Assembly (NCBI GenBank): GCA_964016885.1
Contig: OZ024740.1
Coordinates: forward strand, 442,122,001-442,186,000
Length of the DNA: 64,000 nucleotides
Reading direction: 5' to 3'
Source of the DNA: Eledone cirrhosa
Lineage: Eukaryota
Below are positions 1-12,939 of the stretch, piece by piece. The translations under genes were made by a program, and so were the position numbers. Under the pieces are notes generated by a model. It ran no database searches and was not told where the DNA came from. It saw only the letters and a list, made by a program, of their open reading frames with translations. The stretch's first letter is position 1, and every line of letters starts with the position of its first letter.

Positions 1-318
1 AGTGTTTCTTCGCCAGAAATTCTGTTTCACACAAAATATGATCGCGTTTCGTTGTTCGCAAACGAAACAGAGGTTATAAACACACCTGTAAATAAACCCA
101 GGAGTGACTCAATCAATCAAGTAGAAACAGGTATGTATGAGCAGCCAAGGTAATGAACAACACACCTATATACATCAACCAATTGCTGCGTTACCACGTC
201 ATGCATAGGAAAATAAGTGTTTAATTTGAGGACAAACCTCAAATACTTTATTAATTCGACTACACTTCTCACCAAATGTGTGATCTTATGCTTATATTAT
301 AAACCATTATACGAATAA

Positions 319-367
<49 letters not shown>

Positions 368-376
<9 letters not shown>

Positions 377-2110
377 CAGAGGGTGTCTGTCTAAATCCCT
401 AAAACTCGAGAAGTATCCGACCGATTTTTTTCAAACTTTACACATGCGTGACTTATATTTTTTAAGCGCAATGGGCTAAAAGCATTTCTACTTTTTCTTC
501 CCTATGGCCCGCATTTGGCGAAAAACCGCATTTTTCTGGCATTTTTAGGCTTTTTTGAGGCGTAACTTAAAGATAATCCAGCCGATTTCCTCGAAATTTG
601 CAGCACACATTAGTTAGTCCCCTCGCATTGCTGTGGACAAAAAATTCCGATTCCATGAATGGTTTCTAGGAAATTTACGAATTAGCATTGGGCATTACAT
701 GCCATTTTCATTTTCAATATAAACGTTACTTAAACATCGTAAATAGCGTATAATATTTCGTTAAAAATTTGGTTTATTTAACAGAGGACGCAACACTTAC
801 TTTTAAGCAGGACCATGTTCGGGGGATTGAGGAAATGAGGAGGACCTTAAACTTTTGTCGGCGCCCTGTTGACGCTTCGTGCTTTCATCACGCGCAAATC
901 CGGCCCCTGTGTACGTTGCCGTGTTATTGACACCGTAAAATTCACGTCTGTGCTACTTCTACTAAGACCCCTTTTGTCGCACCTACACCGCAGTATGAAC
1001 GCCCTGCGAAAGTACGCCGAACAGCAGTTATGCTAATTCCGTGGTGACCCCTTTTGTCGCACCTTTGTTGCTGTGTAAACGCAGTGCAACCAGTGCCGCC
1101 CAGCGTTTGTGCTAATTGCACTATGACCCCTTTCTGCTGCAACTGCCTTGCCACGCTGATTTCGTCATCTCAATATCCCTACTTAAACATACATCCCTAC
1201 TTGGTTTTCACATAATTGACTAAGTCGCTCCTTCAGACTGACGTGTGTTCCCCATCCGTGATGTAATTCGTGAACAGACTTACGACATATATCGCCCCAC
1301 AACACTTACTCCTTTCACATACAGGATTGCCGCAATCAGCCCACTGATACTGCTACTACCTGTATCCCTGCTCGAGATCAATCCTTCACTCATTCCACAG
1401 AAAGTTGGTACGTTCACTATACTTTTTTCACCAGTTTTAAGAAATTGCATTGACTACGACGCCTTTCAATAGCCTAACACTTCATTTACGGCCACTTTTA
1501 GTTTTCGTGGCGTTGTATACAAGTGAACGCTCACACGGTCCTGTTTAGGGTCCCCCACTTGAAAGTGTTGATGGTGACCCCAATGTTAACTCCAAAGCGT
1601 TCAGCATCCGATATAACAGTGTTATAAACGCAACAGCAAGGAGGTAGGTAAGTTATCGCCATTTCTTTAACAAGCCTGGTTTACTTTTACTTTTGTTTCT
1701 TAACAAAAACGTCTATTTCCTTTGGTTTAAGGTGAACACCTCCAGAGAAGAAACCCTCCGTTGGTTGACAATTGGCGCGACAATTTAAGGCGTATGAACA
1801 AATCCGGATGATTGGGTGCGAATCTATAAAACTCGAAAAGTACCTAACAGATTTTCTCCAAATGGAAGAAAAAGCATACTCTAAGATTTAGTACGCTTAA
1901 AGAGTTTCCAGCTGATTTTCTTCAGATTTTGCAATGCATGCAGATGTTTCACGATTCGGATCTGCTGGTGTTCTACGTTTCCAGTAGATGAACAAACGTT
2001 CCCTGAGAATAAGGGAATTCAAAAAGTAAACTGTTACATTCCTTAATCGTTGCATATGCATGTTGCTATTTCGCGTTTCCTACCCCGTACAACGCCGGGT
2101 CCTGCTACTA

Positions 2111-2111
<1 letters not shown>
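368..2111 (+). mobile_element. Non-autonomous Helitron-like element
   Basis: 3' end CCCGTACAACGCCGGG hairpin (2084-2099), then CTAG (2108-2111) followed by T. 5' part TATATAACAGAGGGTGTCTGTCT...CCGATTTTTTTCAAACT resembles invertebrate non-autonomous Helitron starts. Flanked by (TA)n on both sides. No RepHel ORF. Confidence 0.65.
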
Positions 2112-2177
<66 letters not shown>

Positions 2178-2681
2178 TATATATATAATTTAAATCAATT
2201 GACAAAGCGTTTTATTAATGTCTAATGTTTCAACTTCAATATTACCAGGTAAAACTAAAGCATCATCAGGACATTCGAGATTTGGAGGATGTAAGACCCA
2301 AAGAAATACAAGAATCCACAGTCAGTAAGGTAAAGAAACTGAAGAGATTTTTTGAAGAGATTTTAAAAGGGAGAAAGTTATTTTCTATCCGGATACGCAC
2401 GGGTACAACAGTTTATTATTTGTGCAAAACAAGCTTGATGTTGTTTTCTGCGATAAGTCATTAGTTATAAATAAAGGCAGATTTAAAATATAGTTTATAT
2501 TTGAGGGAAATAAATGCATTGCTTACTTACTACAGTATTACCAGAGAGAAACTATTTTAATATATTTATGGCGTTATTCCATATGTGACTAATACATTGA
2601 GTTTTTTAGCATTTAGTAATAAATGGGTATCATACCTACTTTATTCATCTCCACCGCCCGCCCCGCCCCCCCCCCCCTCTC

Positions 2682-2729
<48 letters not shown>

Positions 2730-2923
2730 CACGGTTTTTTTCCCATTTTAGGTAGACGCGCTCCATCATCCACTTTTCTCAAAAAAATAAATCATACACA
2801 AAACGCCAACACCAACAGTTTTGCAAGCGGTATCAACATGAATGGACCTGTTATTTTTATCTAAAGACATGTTTCCCAATTCCAACCAGCCCGTCCCCTC
2901 AATCTATCTTATTTCTCATTCTT

Positions 2924-2959
2924 TCTTCTGATGAAGGACTAGCGTCCGAAACGTTAAGA
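2924..2959 (+). ncRNA. Minimal type-I hammerhead ribozyme in a probable pLTR remnant (~2730-3050)
   Basis: TCTT-CTGATGA-A-GGAC(tagc)GTCC-GAAA-CG-TT-AAGA: both core boxes, 4-bp stems I and II, palindromic stem III. Confidence 0.75.
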
Positions 2960-3699
2960 CCCTTTTCCTGCTATATCAAGCGTTAACCTAATATATCCCT
3001 TCCATATACTGTACCGATAGTGTTGTTATTTCTGTTTACCTTTTACATATATATAGAGAGAGATGCGAGGAAAACCACAAACCCTCCATCTCAATTCTAC
3101 TTTTGAAACGCATAAGAACTGTGAAACCGGTAAAAGAAACAAATAAATATTCTTAAAAAGACTCCAGTTGCATTTTCGATTTCATCTTTTTTCTTTATAC
3201 TTTCACTCGCGTAGGACATCTCGTTTTTTGTTTTTTTTTTTTATTTTGAAAAAAAACCTCATTTTCTTATAAATATATCAGCAAAAGGAGATCGATTCTT
3301 TCTGAAAAGATCACCCATCTGGGGTGGGGGATGGTCACCCTGAACATGTCTTTGCTGCAGAAATCGAAGATCAACAAATGAAACTGAACATCAACAACAT
3401 CAATTCCATGCTGCAAGGTCCGGTAATCGAACTGACTACCTTACAATCCATGAGGTGCACACCTTCACTATGTTTTACTTAGCATTAGTCAATATAGGCA
3501 GGGAATGTAACATGTTATTGTATATGATAAATTACTAATGTGTGACTCCATATAATCTAGGTTAAATAGAATCAATATTTTAGCTTTGGAAAATGTCACC
3601 ACCCTTGTCTTGTGTGTTTGTTACTTTAGAAAACTAATTGAAAAGTACAATTATTGTTAGTTCTTGGTGCTGCCAACAGGTTTAAATTAACAATTACTA

Positions 3700-3825
<126 letters not shown>

Positions 3826-4074
3826 CACACATATAAGGGACAGATAAAAGTAGTGTATGTAAGTAAATTTGTGTAAATAGTCTGGATAAATATGAAAGTT
3901 GAGAGAAAAGTGATATTTGAATTAAGAGGGATGTGAATAAAAGCGACAGCTAGAGAAGTGTAGGTGACACAAACACCTTCACACTTTCGCTTGGAAGCGA
4001 CAACAGATATTATATCCACTTAACTGTTGGTGGCGCTAGTTGTAGTTATGGACAGTAAATTGTGGGAAGAGAGA

Positions 4075-4365
4075 GGAAAGTCGATTATATCGACTTCAGT
4101 ACGTTACTGGTACTTTATTTCATCCACCCCGAACTTATGAAAGGCAAAGTTGACTAAATATAAGAAAAATAATGATTTCTTAAGGCCAGTAAGTTTGATA
4201 GAAGAGCGAAATTGAAATCCAGTGTATTACTGGTACTTTATTTTATCGCCCCCTGAAGGATGAAAGCCAAAGTTGACCTCGGCGAAATTTGAACTCCAAA
4301 TTTAAAAAATAACAACAAATAGCGAAATAACCGACGCTCTACCAATTCTACCAATCTACCATCCT
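4075..4365 (-). mobile_element. Two tandem fragments of a tRNA-derived SINE (same family as 6917-7100)
   Basis: Reverse complement gives GTCAACTTTG(C/G)CTTTCAT...AAAGTACCAG twice; the second copy has a GAGTTCAAATT B-box-like head. Confidence 0.7.
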
Positions 4366-5462
4366 GGTTCTAGTAACAATAGTGATACTGGTGTTGATTT
4401 GTAATTATGGTAAGAGTGCTGACAATGTCTAAAACATAACATGTTGCTAGGATACCATTTGAAGACTTTCTATGTAAAAGTCAACTTGGTAAAGTCCTTT
4501 TCTGTGTCATAGCAATGGTGGATAGTTAACACAAGTATATCCGAGAGATTAAAAAGTCCGTTCGATGCCACAGCGTGGCATTTTAGACAAGTGTTTTTAC
4601 CATTACCTCGGGTCAAACTATGACCTATGACACATGACACACGATACATGACCAATGACACATGACCCATGCATGAGCTATGACACCATGACCCATGACT
4701 CATGTTTTTCAAACAGTTTCAGTTTACTTAGGGTCACTCAAAAGACTTGGGTTAACCTAAATAACATATACTGGAGATACCAGGCCGTGGATTTGAACAC
4801 AGGACCTTATGATTGTGAGACGGACTTCTTAACAATTCAGCCAGGCTACGTGAAAAGGAATAGTAGTACCCATTTCCTTTTTAAGGACTCCGAGACTGGC
4901 GGAAGAGGGGGAGGGGGTTATTCTCAACCTGGGGCATGGCCTGAATGTTTGCAACAGAGTGGACTCTATTAAAGGTACTCAAAAATCAGCTGGTGACGTC
5001 ATAAGTCTATCACCCAAGAACAGTCGATCCGATGGACTTCCATATAGAAGGTTTTGTTCGAACTAAGGCGATATTAAAAGACATTCAAATTGCCAGGCGA
5101 CGGAATCGAATCCGAAACCACACAAACATGCGTCAATATTAAGCTAATGAAAATCTAAAGTTGATTTAGTTTGCAATTTAAAAATATGATTTCTCTTTTT
5201 CCACCTCTCTCTTTCTCTCAATCCCATCCGTCTCTCTGTCTCTAATTTTCTTTGATGCTATCTCTCTCTATCTATCTCTATTCACTTCCATAACTGTCCT
5301 ACATGTGGTAACAGTACCACTGTCCTACATGTAGCAGTACCACTGTCCTAGATGTGGTAACAGTACTCCATTGTATGTCTTAAACGTACTTTATAAAGGA
5401 AATTCAGTTTTTCTGATTCAATATTAGCGAAACACATTAAATCGTTATTTAATGCTATCACC

Positions 5463-5463
<1 letters not shown>

Positions 5464-5537
<74 letters not shown>
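5464..5537. repeat. (CT)n microsatellite
   Basis: Pure TC dinucleotide run. Confidence 0.98.
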
Positions 5538-5541
<4 letters not shown>

Positions 5542-5545
5542 CATA

Positions 5546-5579
<34 letters not shown>

Positions 5580-5765
5580 TGGAAAAAGTGTGAGATCCTT
5601 GGTACAATTATATATATTTGGAAAAGAAAGGAAAAGAATGACTTCACTTGTAGTTGTAAATAATTTGATTTAATTTTATAATTGGTAATCTACGACGAAT
5701 CTTTTTATAAGCACAAAATGTAGACACCATCCCGAGGCCGAGGTATTCCGTACTTCTCTGTACTG

Positions 5766-5823
<58 letters not shown>

Positions 5824-5958
5824 ATTATAATAAAATAACAGGAGGCTGGACTTGTGTAAATCCTTGAAAGTGGAAGATGCTAGATGGTCGGTCGTCCTCG
5901 GGTCTATAATTTTCAGCCCCATGGATTTTATCTGTTACATTCATTTATTATATTTCGA

Positions 5959-6016
5959 ATACCTGATGATATCGCCGGATTCATACGGAACCTGGTCATT
6001 GAAATGATCATAGTAT
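5959..6016 (+). ncRNA. Type-I hammerhead ribozyme inside an inverted pLTR remnant (arms ~5826-5870 / 6024-6068)
   Basis: ATAC-CTGATGA-[imperfect stem II]-GAAA-TGATCA (palindrome)-TA-GTAT. Confidence 0.7.
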
Positions 6017-6214
6017 AATAAACCTTTCAAGGATTTACACAAGTCCAGCCTCCTGTTATTTTATTATATTTAACTCCGTACTCGCACCACCAACTACACA
6101 AACGAAGGCGGTTGAGCTGCTTTACGTTGAGTACTCTCCATATTATTACATCAAGATTGACCATACGGAATTGACCAGCTCTATCCAGTGGTGAACTTTC
6201 AAACCTAAATAAAT

Positions 6215-6381
6215 ATATATATATATATATAATTATATATTCGTGTACAGATATTTTTGCATACACAATAACAAAATATAAACAAACGTATTTATTTCCC
6301 GAGGCTCGATAAGGATAAATATATATCAAATATATAAGAACCCTAGAGAAAATCCCGAGCAACGCCGGGCCATTCTGCTAG
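6215..6381 (+). mobile_element. Short Helitron-like element / 3' terminus
   Basis: CCCGAGCAACGCCGGG hairpin (6354-6369) then CTAG (6378-6381)-T, homologous to the terminus at 2084-2111. 5' boundary uncertain. Confidence 0.6.
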
Positions 6382-6499
6382 TAATATTATAAAATTAAAT
6401 CAAATTATTTACAACTACAAATGAAGTCATTCTTTTCCTTTTTTTTTTAAATATATATATAGAGAGAGAGAGAGTCAGGTCAGATCGATACAGATCGAA

Positions 6500-6687
6500 C
6501 TTTGAGCTGGTCAGTGGCGAAACGCGCGTCACCAACCAATAAACGTAACGAAGGAGTAACCAATCATCCTTGTTATGTTATTTAACTATAATACACTCTG
6601 TGTAAATCTACACCTCGACACTGAAGTGAACCTAAACATCGAGTGCTCACCCGGGTGAACCTACAGTAACTCCAAGTTACACTCCCT

Positions 6688-6690
<3 letters not shown>
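6500..6690 (+). mobile_element. pLTR remnant with the 3' half of a hammerhead
   Basis: GA-GCT...GGC-GAAA-CGCGCG-TC then AATAAA; ends at (TA)n. The CUGAUGA box is missing. Confidence 0.45.
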
Positions 6691-6779
<89 letters not shown>

Positions 6780-6916
6780 GGTTCCAGAAATCCCTAGAAG
6801 GCTCCAGAAAGTCATAGTACTACTATACTTATATATGATTTTAGAAATTTCGTGTTGGGGATGACATATAAAAAATAAATCAAATTAAACTTCTCTTCAT
6901 TAGTTTTTAACAAAAG

Positions 6917-7100
6917 GGCGGTGGATTGGCAGTAATGGTAGAGGGTCGGACGCCATGCTTTGACGCATAGAGTTACGGCCCTTGCCATTCTGAGTTCAAA
7001 TCCTGCCGAGGTTAACTTTGCTTTTCATCCTTACGGGGTCGATAAAATAAAGTACCAGTAATGCACTGGTTAATTGCTGGCCTTGTGCCAAACGTAGAAA
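6917..7100 (+). mobile_element. tRNA-derived SINE (octopus-type)
   Basis: A-box-like TGGCAGTAATGG, B-box GAGTTCAAATCC (6992-7003), body GTTAACTTTGCTTTTCATCCTTACGGGGTCGATAAAATAAAGTACCAG, end GGCCTTGTGCCAAA..AGAAAC. Confidence 0.8.
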
Positions 7101-7203
7101 CAATTATTTTTGAACAAATGTTCATCGGATTATGATAGAGGAAATCAATTATTTTACAAAACGTCAAAACCCTTATATATATATATATATAATATACTGT
7201 ATA

Positions 7204-7625
7204 ATGAAAAATTTAACAGGGACAGAACAGAGAGGCAGTACGATAAATGTTTATTAAATTCACGCTCAGGAGAGTGGGGGGTAGGTGGAGGACGACGTTT
7301 CGGGCATTAGCCCTTCTTCAGGTGAGAGTTCAAAAGGTGTGTAGGGGAGTGGTGGAGAGACATATAGCGAAAGGAAACGGTGCGAATGAAAAATTAACAA
7401 ATAAAGACAAAAATATAATAAATAATAAATAAAAATAAAGCATGATCAAAATACAAGGAATGAGAACATTTAAAAATAAAGTCATGATCAAAATAAACTG
7501 AAATTAAAAGGGGGGTAAACAGGTGGTGGAAGGGTGTGGGGTGAGTAGAGGTGGTGGCGGGTGGAGTGGGGAGAGGGAGACGGGGTGTCCGAGCGGGGAG
7601 GGCTGAAGGTGGTGTGTGTGGTTAG

Positions 7626-7668
<43 letters not shown>

Positions 7669-8719
7669 AAAGTGAGGGTTGGAGGAAGAACGGGGTTGCA
7701 TGTTCGGGAAGGTGTGTGTGGGGGGTGTTTTTGTGTGTCGGAGGGTCTGTGCGTGTGTGGATAGGGGGGGTGGGTGGAGAGGAATCAGGGGGCTGAGGGT
7801 GTAAATATGTGGTGGGAAGCACGTGTGTGTGGTTTAAGCGTGTTGTGGGTGTGGGTGGCGTGTGGATAAAAAAATTTGTTTTGGGATGTGTGTGTGGGTG
7901 AGTTATATAGGTGATGGTGTAAGACGATGGTTGAAAAGTGGTAAGTTACACGGATGTATGGAGATTTTGGTTGGAAGTCAAAACGCGTGTGGGTAATCCA
8001 AGAAGCGGTGGTCGGAAGAGGAGAGATGTGGGGTGCGCGCGCAACAGGAAGTGGTCAGCAGTGGAAGTGCTGTGGTCAGTTGGTGCTGAGACAGTGGTCG
8101 GAAGGGCATAGCAGCAGTCAGCGGAATGGTAGGGAGGCGAGGATGGGTAGGTGTGAGAGTTGGAGTGAGGAGGGTGTGTGTGTGTGTGTGTATTAGTAGG
8201 GGTGTTAGTGGGATGAGTGAGTGTGGAGTGGGGAGAGAAGGGTGTGTGTGGTTCTATGGAAGGAGTGTGGTGTACTGGTGTGTGTGTAGTTTGGTGAGGA
8301 GGTGTTAGTGGGTGTTAGTAGACGGGAGGTGGGGAGGGGTGGAATGCAGGTGTGAGTGGGGGTTAGTGGGGGTAGGGTGTGTAGAGTTGGTGGTGTACGA
8401 GGGTGTATGGGTACGTGTGCGTGGGGTTGGAGGGTGTTAGTGATGTTAGTTGCGTGTGGGGTGGGTGGTGTAAGTGTGTGCGTGTGATAAGGAGGGGGGG
8501 AGGAGAAGAGGGGAGGGACGGGATGTTAGTATGTTAGTTGGGGAAGGGTGGTCAGATGAGGGGTGGAGTGGAGTGGAGGTGTTAGTATTGTTAGTGTGGG
8601 GTGGGCGGTGAAAAGGAGGGGTGTGTTAGTGGTGTTAGTGGGGGATAAGTGGGGGAGGGGGGCGGTCGAACGCTAAAGGAATAAGGGTGGGGAGTTCAGG
8701 CCGGGGGAGTGTGGGTCTG
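7204..8719 (-). mobile_element. 5'-truncated PLE: last ORF codons (..[10 protein letters not shown]) plus ~1.45-kb C/A-rich 3'UTR with hammerhead
   Basis: The minus strand encodes a P-GLN C-terminus like PLE GIY-YIG tails. HHR near the 3' end, followed by AATAAA. Flanked by a 14-bp direct repeat TAATATACTGTATA (7190-7203, 8720-8733). Confidence 0.55.
7292..7323 (-). ncRNA. Minimal hammerhead ribozyme
   Basis: Reverse complement AC-CTGAAGA-A-GGGC(taat)GCCC-GAAA-CG-TC-GT. Stem I is only 2 bp. Confidence 0.6.
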
Positions 8720-8729
8720 TAATATACTG

Positions 8730-8765
<36 letters not shown>

Positions 8766-8773
8766 TAATATAC

Positions 8774-8814
<41 letters not shown>

Positions 8815-8823
8815 CTGTATATG

Positions 8824-8855
<32 letters not shown>

Positions 8856-8860
8856 ATATA

Positions 8861-8912
<52 letters not shown>

Positions 8913-9430
8913 CATACTGTATATTATTTTTTTTTTTTTTTATTTTTTTTTTTATTTTTTTTTTTTTTTTTGGTGTTAGTATTGTTATATATATATTAGT
9001 ATTGTTATATATATATTAGTATTGTTATATATATATAACATATATATATATATTATAACATATATATTATAACATATATATATTATATATATATATATAT
9101 ATTATAACATATATATTATATATATATTATAACATATATATATATTATAACATATATATATTATATATATATTAGTATTGTTATATATATATAACATATA
9201 TATATTATATAACATATATATATTAGTATTGTTATATATATATAACATATATATATTAGTATTGTTATATATATATAACATACTGTATATTATTTTTTAT
9301 TTTTATTTTTTTTTTTTTTTATTATTATTTTTTATTTATTTTTTTATTTTTATTTTTTTTTTTATTATTTTTTTTTTTTTTTTTTATTATTTTTTTTTTT
9401 ATTATTATTATTTTATTTTATTTTATTTAT
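8720..9430. repeat. Compound (TA)n microsatellite with AATATACTG / TTAGTATTG interruptions and T-rich tracts
   Basis: Seen directly. Confidence 0.95.
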
Positions 9431-9510
9431 TTTTTTCCCATGCTTTAATCTATGTACACTCCATATTCTGAGTTTTCGGCTTGTATTGGCTGATAGTGCT
9501 TCTTATATCT

Positions 9511-9560
9511 TTAATTGCCCTGATGAGTCCTTAATAGGACGAAAAATTGTTGGCTAATAA
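9511..9560 (+). ncRNA. Hammerhead ribozyme (degenerate stem III) in a pLTR remnant
   Basis: GCC-CTGATGA-GTCC(ttaata)GGAC-GAAA-AATTG-TT-GGC-TAATAAA. Confidence 0.7.
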
Positions 9561-9599
9561 AGACTTTTGATGTATTGAAGGCTTCTTTGGTTTACTGTC

Positions 9600-9660
<61 letters not shown>

Positions 9661-9755
9661 TGTATATGTATATACATATATATATATATATATATATAAA
9701 TGAAAGGTATAGAAATTGTTTTAGCGAGAAGCTAACAGTATTCCATAACATATAT

Positions 9756-9798
<43 letters not shown>

Positions 9799-9807
9799 CT
9801 GTATATG

Positions 9808-9857
<50 letters not shown>

Positions 9858-9896
9858 ATTAAATAAATGGAAACTATATTTATAAAACCATATTTA

Positions 9897-9958
9897 TTTC
9901 ATTATATATATTTCAGGGATATCATATTAACAATATGCTATGCCTTCCTCAGACAAAA
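9897..9958 (-). ncRNA. Type-I hammerhead ribozyme (3' end of PLE B1)
   Basis: TTTTGT-CTGAGGA-AGG.ATA.CATATT(gtt)AATATG.TAT.CCT-GAAA-TATATA-TA-ATGAAA. Confidence 0.8.
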
Positions 9959-11330
9959 TACAATATAAACAGTTTTATAGATAAATAGATTCGACATACC
10001 GTAACAACATCTACTTGCATTTGAGAAGGTTGATTTGGTAGTGACAAAATTGTACACAGAGAGAAAGAAAGAGAGAGAGAAAGAGAGAAAAAGAGAGAAA
10101 AAACGAAGAAAAAGAAAAAGAAGAAATGCATGGAACAAAATAGAGAGATGGAAAGATAGATAAAGAGAAGAACTTCATGTAAAGAAACAGAAAGAGATAT
10201 ATATATATAGAGAGAGAGGAAATAGAGATAGATACATATATATAGAAAGCTAGGTAGTGGGACGTCTGTTGAATAACGTATCAATGATACATTTATTTAT
10301 TTATTTATTTATTTAGCTCTAGTATTAATGTAAGGGAGATATATGGAGGGAAAACCAGCTGTTATATAGGGAGAGAAAAAATATAGAGAGAGAAAAAAAA
10401 GAGAGAGAAAAAATTCAAAAATATCCAGACACAGGCGAGGCGTAAAAACCTCTGTTTTAATGTAGAGGTATTAGTATTTACAAAACCAGCCTCTACATTG
10501 TAAATATCAGTATTCCTGAATGAGATATGTATCCACAATGTGTGAAAATTAATGATCTTATGTTTAGTTTTTTAAAAAAATTCATATGTTTATGTGATAA
10601 TTACAAACATCTATGTGAATGTACATGATCAATTCTGCAAACCTTAAGTTCACGGAAAGTATTCTCAATGCGGTATAAAAATTTAAGTATACATATATGT
10701 GTATATAGAGTCAATATTACTATTTCTGTCTCTACTCTACAAGATTATCTATCAAGCAAAAATAGAGCAGATTTCAATATACTAATAAAAATAAAAATAT
10801 ATCGGAAACAAAACTAAAATAACAATAATAATAATAAGTAATAATAAAATAGAAAACTAGGAAATATTACGAAAGAATATTACATATTAAAAATATTACA
10901 TATTAAAAAATTTACATATTAAAAATATTAAAAATAAAAATATTAGGAAATACTACAATAATAAAAATAAAATAAACCACAAAGATCAACCCTTCAAAAT
11001 TAATTGACAATATATTGCCAAGTTCATTATAAACATCAGAGTCGAAAAACAGATAAAGCCAAAAATTATCCATCAAATCGCATCTAGCAAAGATCATTTC
11101 AAAAAGTATAGGATGCCCAATTTGGTCTACATGTGTTCTTATATTTAATATAGAAGTTTATCTAGTGTAACGTTTATTCGAAATATTTGGAGCATCAACT
11201 TTTAGGGTAGCTTAATTTTTCATGAAGAATGTTTAAATAAAAATAAATAAAATAAAAATAAAAAGAATAAAAAGAGAATCAAAGATTTATCGGCTAGTTT
11301 CCCATATAATTATAAATCAAACTAAATATA

Positions 11331-12577
11331 CTACATTTTAAATTTAAATTTATATTTAAACGTTGAGTTTAATCTATGTTTGCAACAACTGAATAAATTT
11401 GTCCGTAGATTAAGGGAATTTTTAGATTTTAGTATAAAGAATATCTCCTCTGCGCAGAGGTCACATGTCTCAGAGGATGAATTAAAAGGAATCCCTCTTG
11501 AGACTATATTCCAAGCCGTCGAATATCTAACGTTATCTAGCTTAAGTTGCCATAGTACGCCTGATAGTGCCGTTGAAGATTTTTTACTTGGATCTGTGAA
11601 AGAATTCTTGTGGTTATTATAGCGAAGTTTAAATTCCGTCGATGTGGAACCGACGTAGTTAAAAGAATTAGAGTCAGTATTAACATTACAATTGTATACT
11701 ATATTTTTAACTAAGCAGTTGTTATTTAACGGACATTTAGATCTATCTCTACAGTTACATTTGTTAACTTGTATATTATTTATGCTGTTATCACTAGGTT
11801 TTAAGTTCCTATTATTTATTCTATTGATATTTTGTGCTAAATTTTTGGTGGATGAGTAGGTTAATTTAATTGTATGTCTATTGAAAATTGAGTGATATCT
11901 ATGTGTTCTAGGGAAGCGATTATCAAGAGCTTTAAAAAATAGTTTAGCGATGTGGGTTTTAATGTTTAGTGAGAAAGGGGGGGCAAACCAAATTATGTTC
12001 CTAGTTCTATTTCTTTTTTGGCCTTTGGAATTATTGTAATGCTTTCTATTATAGTTGTTAAGGATGTTGCCGTAATTAAAAAAGTTGTTACTTTGTTTAG
12101 TTTGTCTATCATTATCTATGTACACAATCTTATCAGCATATCCTGCTCTAGCTAATGCTTCATTGTAGTATTGGGCTTTTTCGTCGAAAATCTTTCTATT
12201 CGACGAGATCCTAGAGATACGTTTTGGGACAGAGTTTACTATAGTGTTTTTGACAGATCTGGGGTGGTTAGAGTTAAAGTTTACATAGTTTAAGTTTTCA
12301 TTCAACTTGTGAAAAGGATAGTGAAGACTTGTGTTGAGATTTAATGTTATATCTAGGAAATTGACTATTCTATGGTTGTTTTCAATTTCTATTTTAAGAT
12401 TAAAGTAATTAAAAAATTGTGTAATTTGTTTACATTTTCTATTTAGTTCAGAGTTATTATTATCAATAAGTAAAAGCATGTCGTCTCTATATAAACCTCC
12501 GGTAGTACCGGGTATTTTCCTATGCAGCGAATTGATTAAAAATAAACCCACAAGGTCAGTTACCTGGGCTGAGTCGG
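11331..12577 (-). pseudogene. PLE RT C-terminal part + GIY-YIG endonuclease (open frame, 5'-truncated)
   Basis: DSAQVTDLVGLF, GLYRDDML (RT motif C), VNFLDI, SNHP, IIWFAPPFS, CNCR..CPL...CL, IVY...YVGST, FKLRYNNH, CDLC. Confidence 0.9.
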
Positions 12578-12674
12578 ATATATATATATACGTTATTCCG
12601 GGTTGAATCGGAGGTAACCACAGTAAGTAAGGTACTCAATACATAGCAGAGTATAAAAGTTTTAATATAGATGA

Positions 12675-12723
12675 GATTCTACAGGACTAGAACTGTTTCA
12701 TTCATTAGAAATCATCAGGAATC
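12675..12723 (-). ncRNA. Type-I hammerhead ribozyme in a ~135-bp pLTR remnant (12591-12725)
   Basis: GATTC-CTGATGA-T.TTC(taat)GAA.T-GAAA-CAG(ttctagtc)CTG-TA-GAATC. Confidence 0.75.
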
Positions 12724-12750
12724 AGTATATAATATACTGTATATGTATAT

Positions 12751-12804
<54 letters not shown>

Positions 12805-12853
12805 CTGTATATGTATGTACATATATATATATATATATAATATACTGTATATG

Positions 12854-12892
<39 letters not shown>

Positions 12893-12939
12893 CTGTATAT
12901 GTATATACATATACATATATATATATATATATATATATT

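Larger units (their letters stand above)
9855..12577 (-). mobile_element. 5'-truncated PLE, family B copy 1 (probably Naiad-like) with ~1.5-kb 3'UTR
   Basis: ORF with RT and GIY-YIG motifs, long AT-rich UTR, HHR at the 3' end, (TA)n at both ends. Confidence 0.85.

Noticed and set aside
1-321. Possible Tc1-like terminus (..ATAACTG|TA)
   Set aside because: No partner TIR or transposase in the window.
4615-5370. (CATGAC)-like run at 4618-4705 and ~25-bp minisatellite at 5293-5368
   Set aside because: Short, ordinary slippage repeats.
8190-8645. Telomeric repeat
   Set aside because: GTTAGT words are dispersed; there is no tandem TTAGGG or TTAGG.
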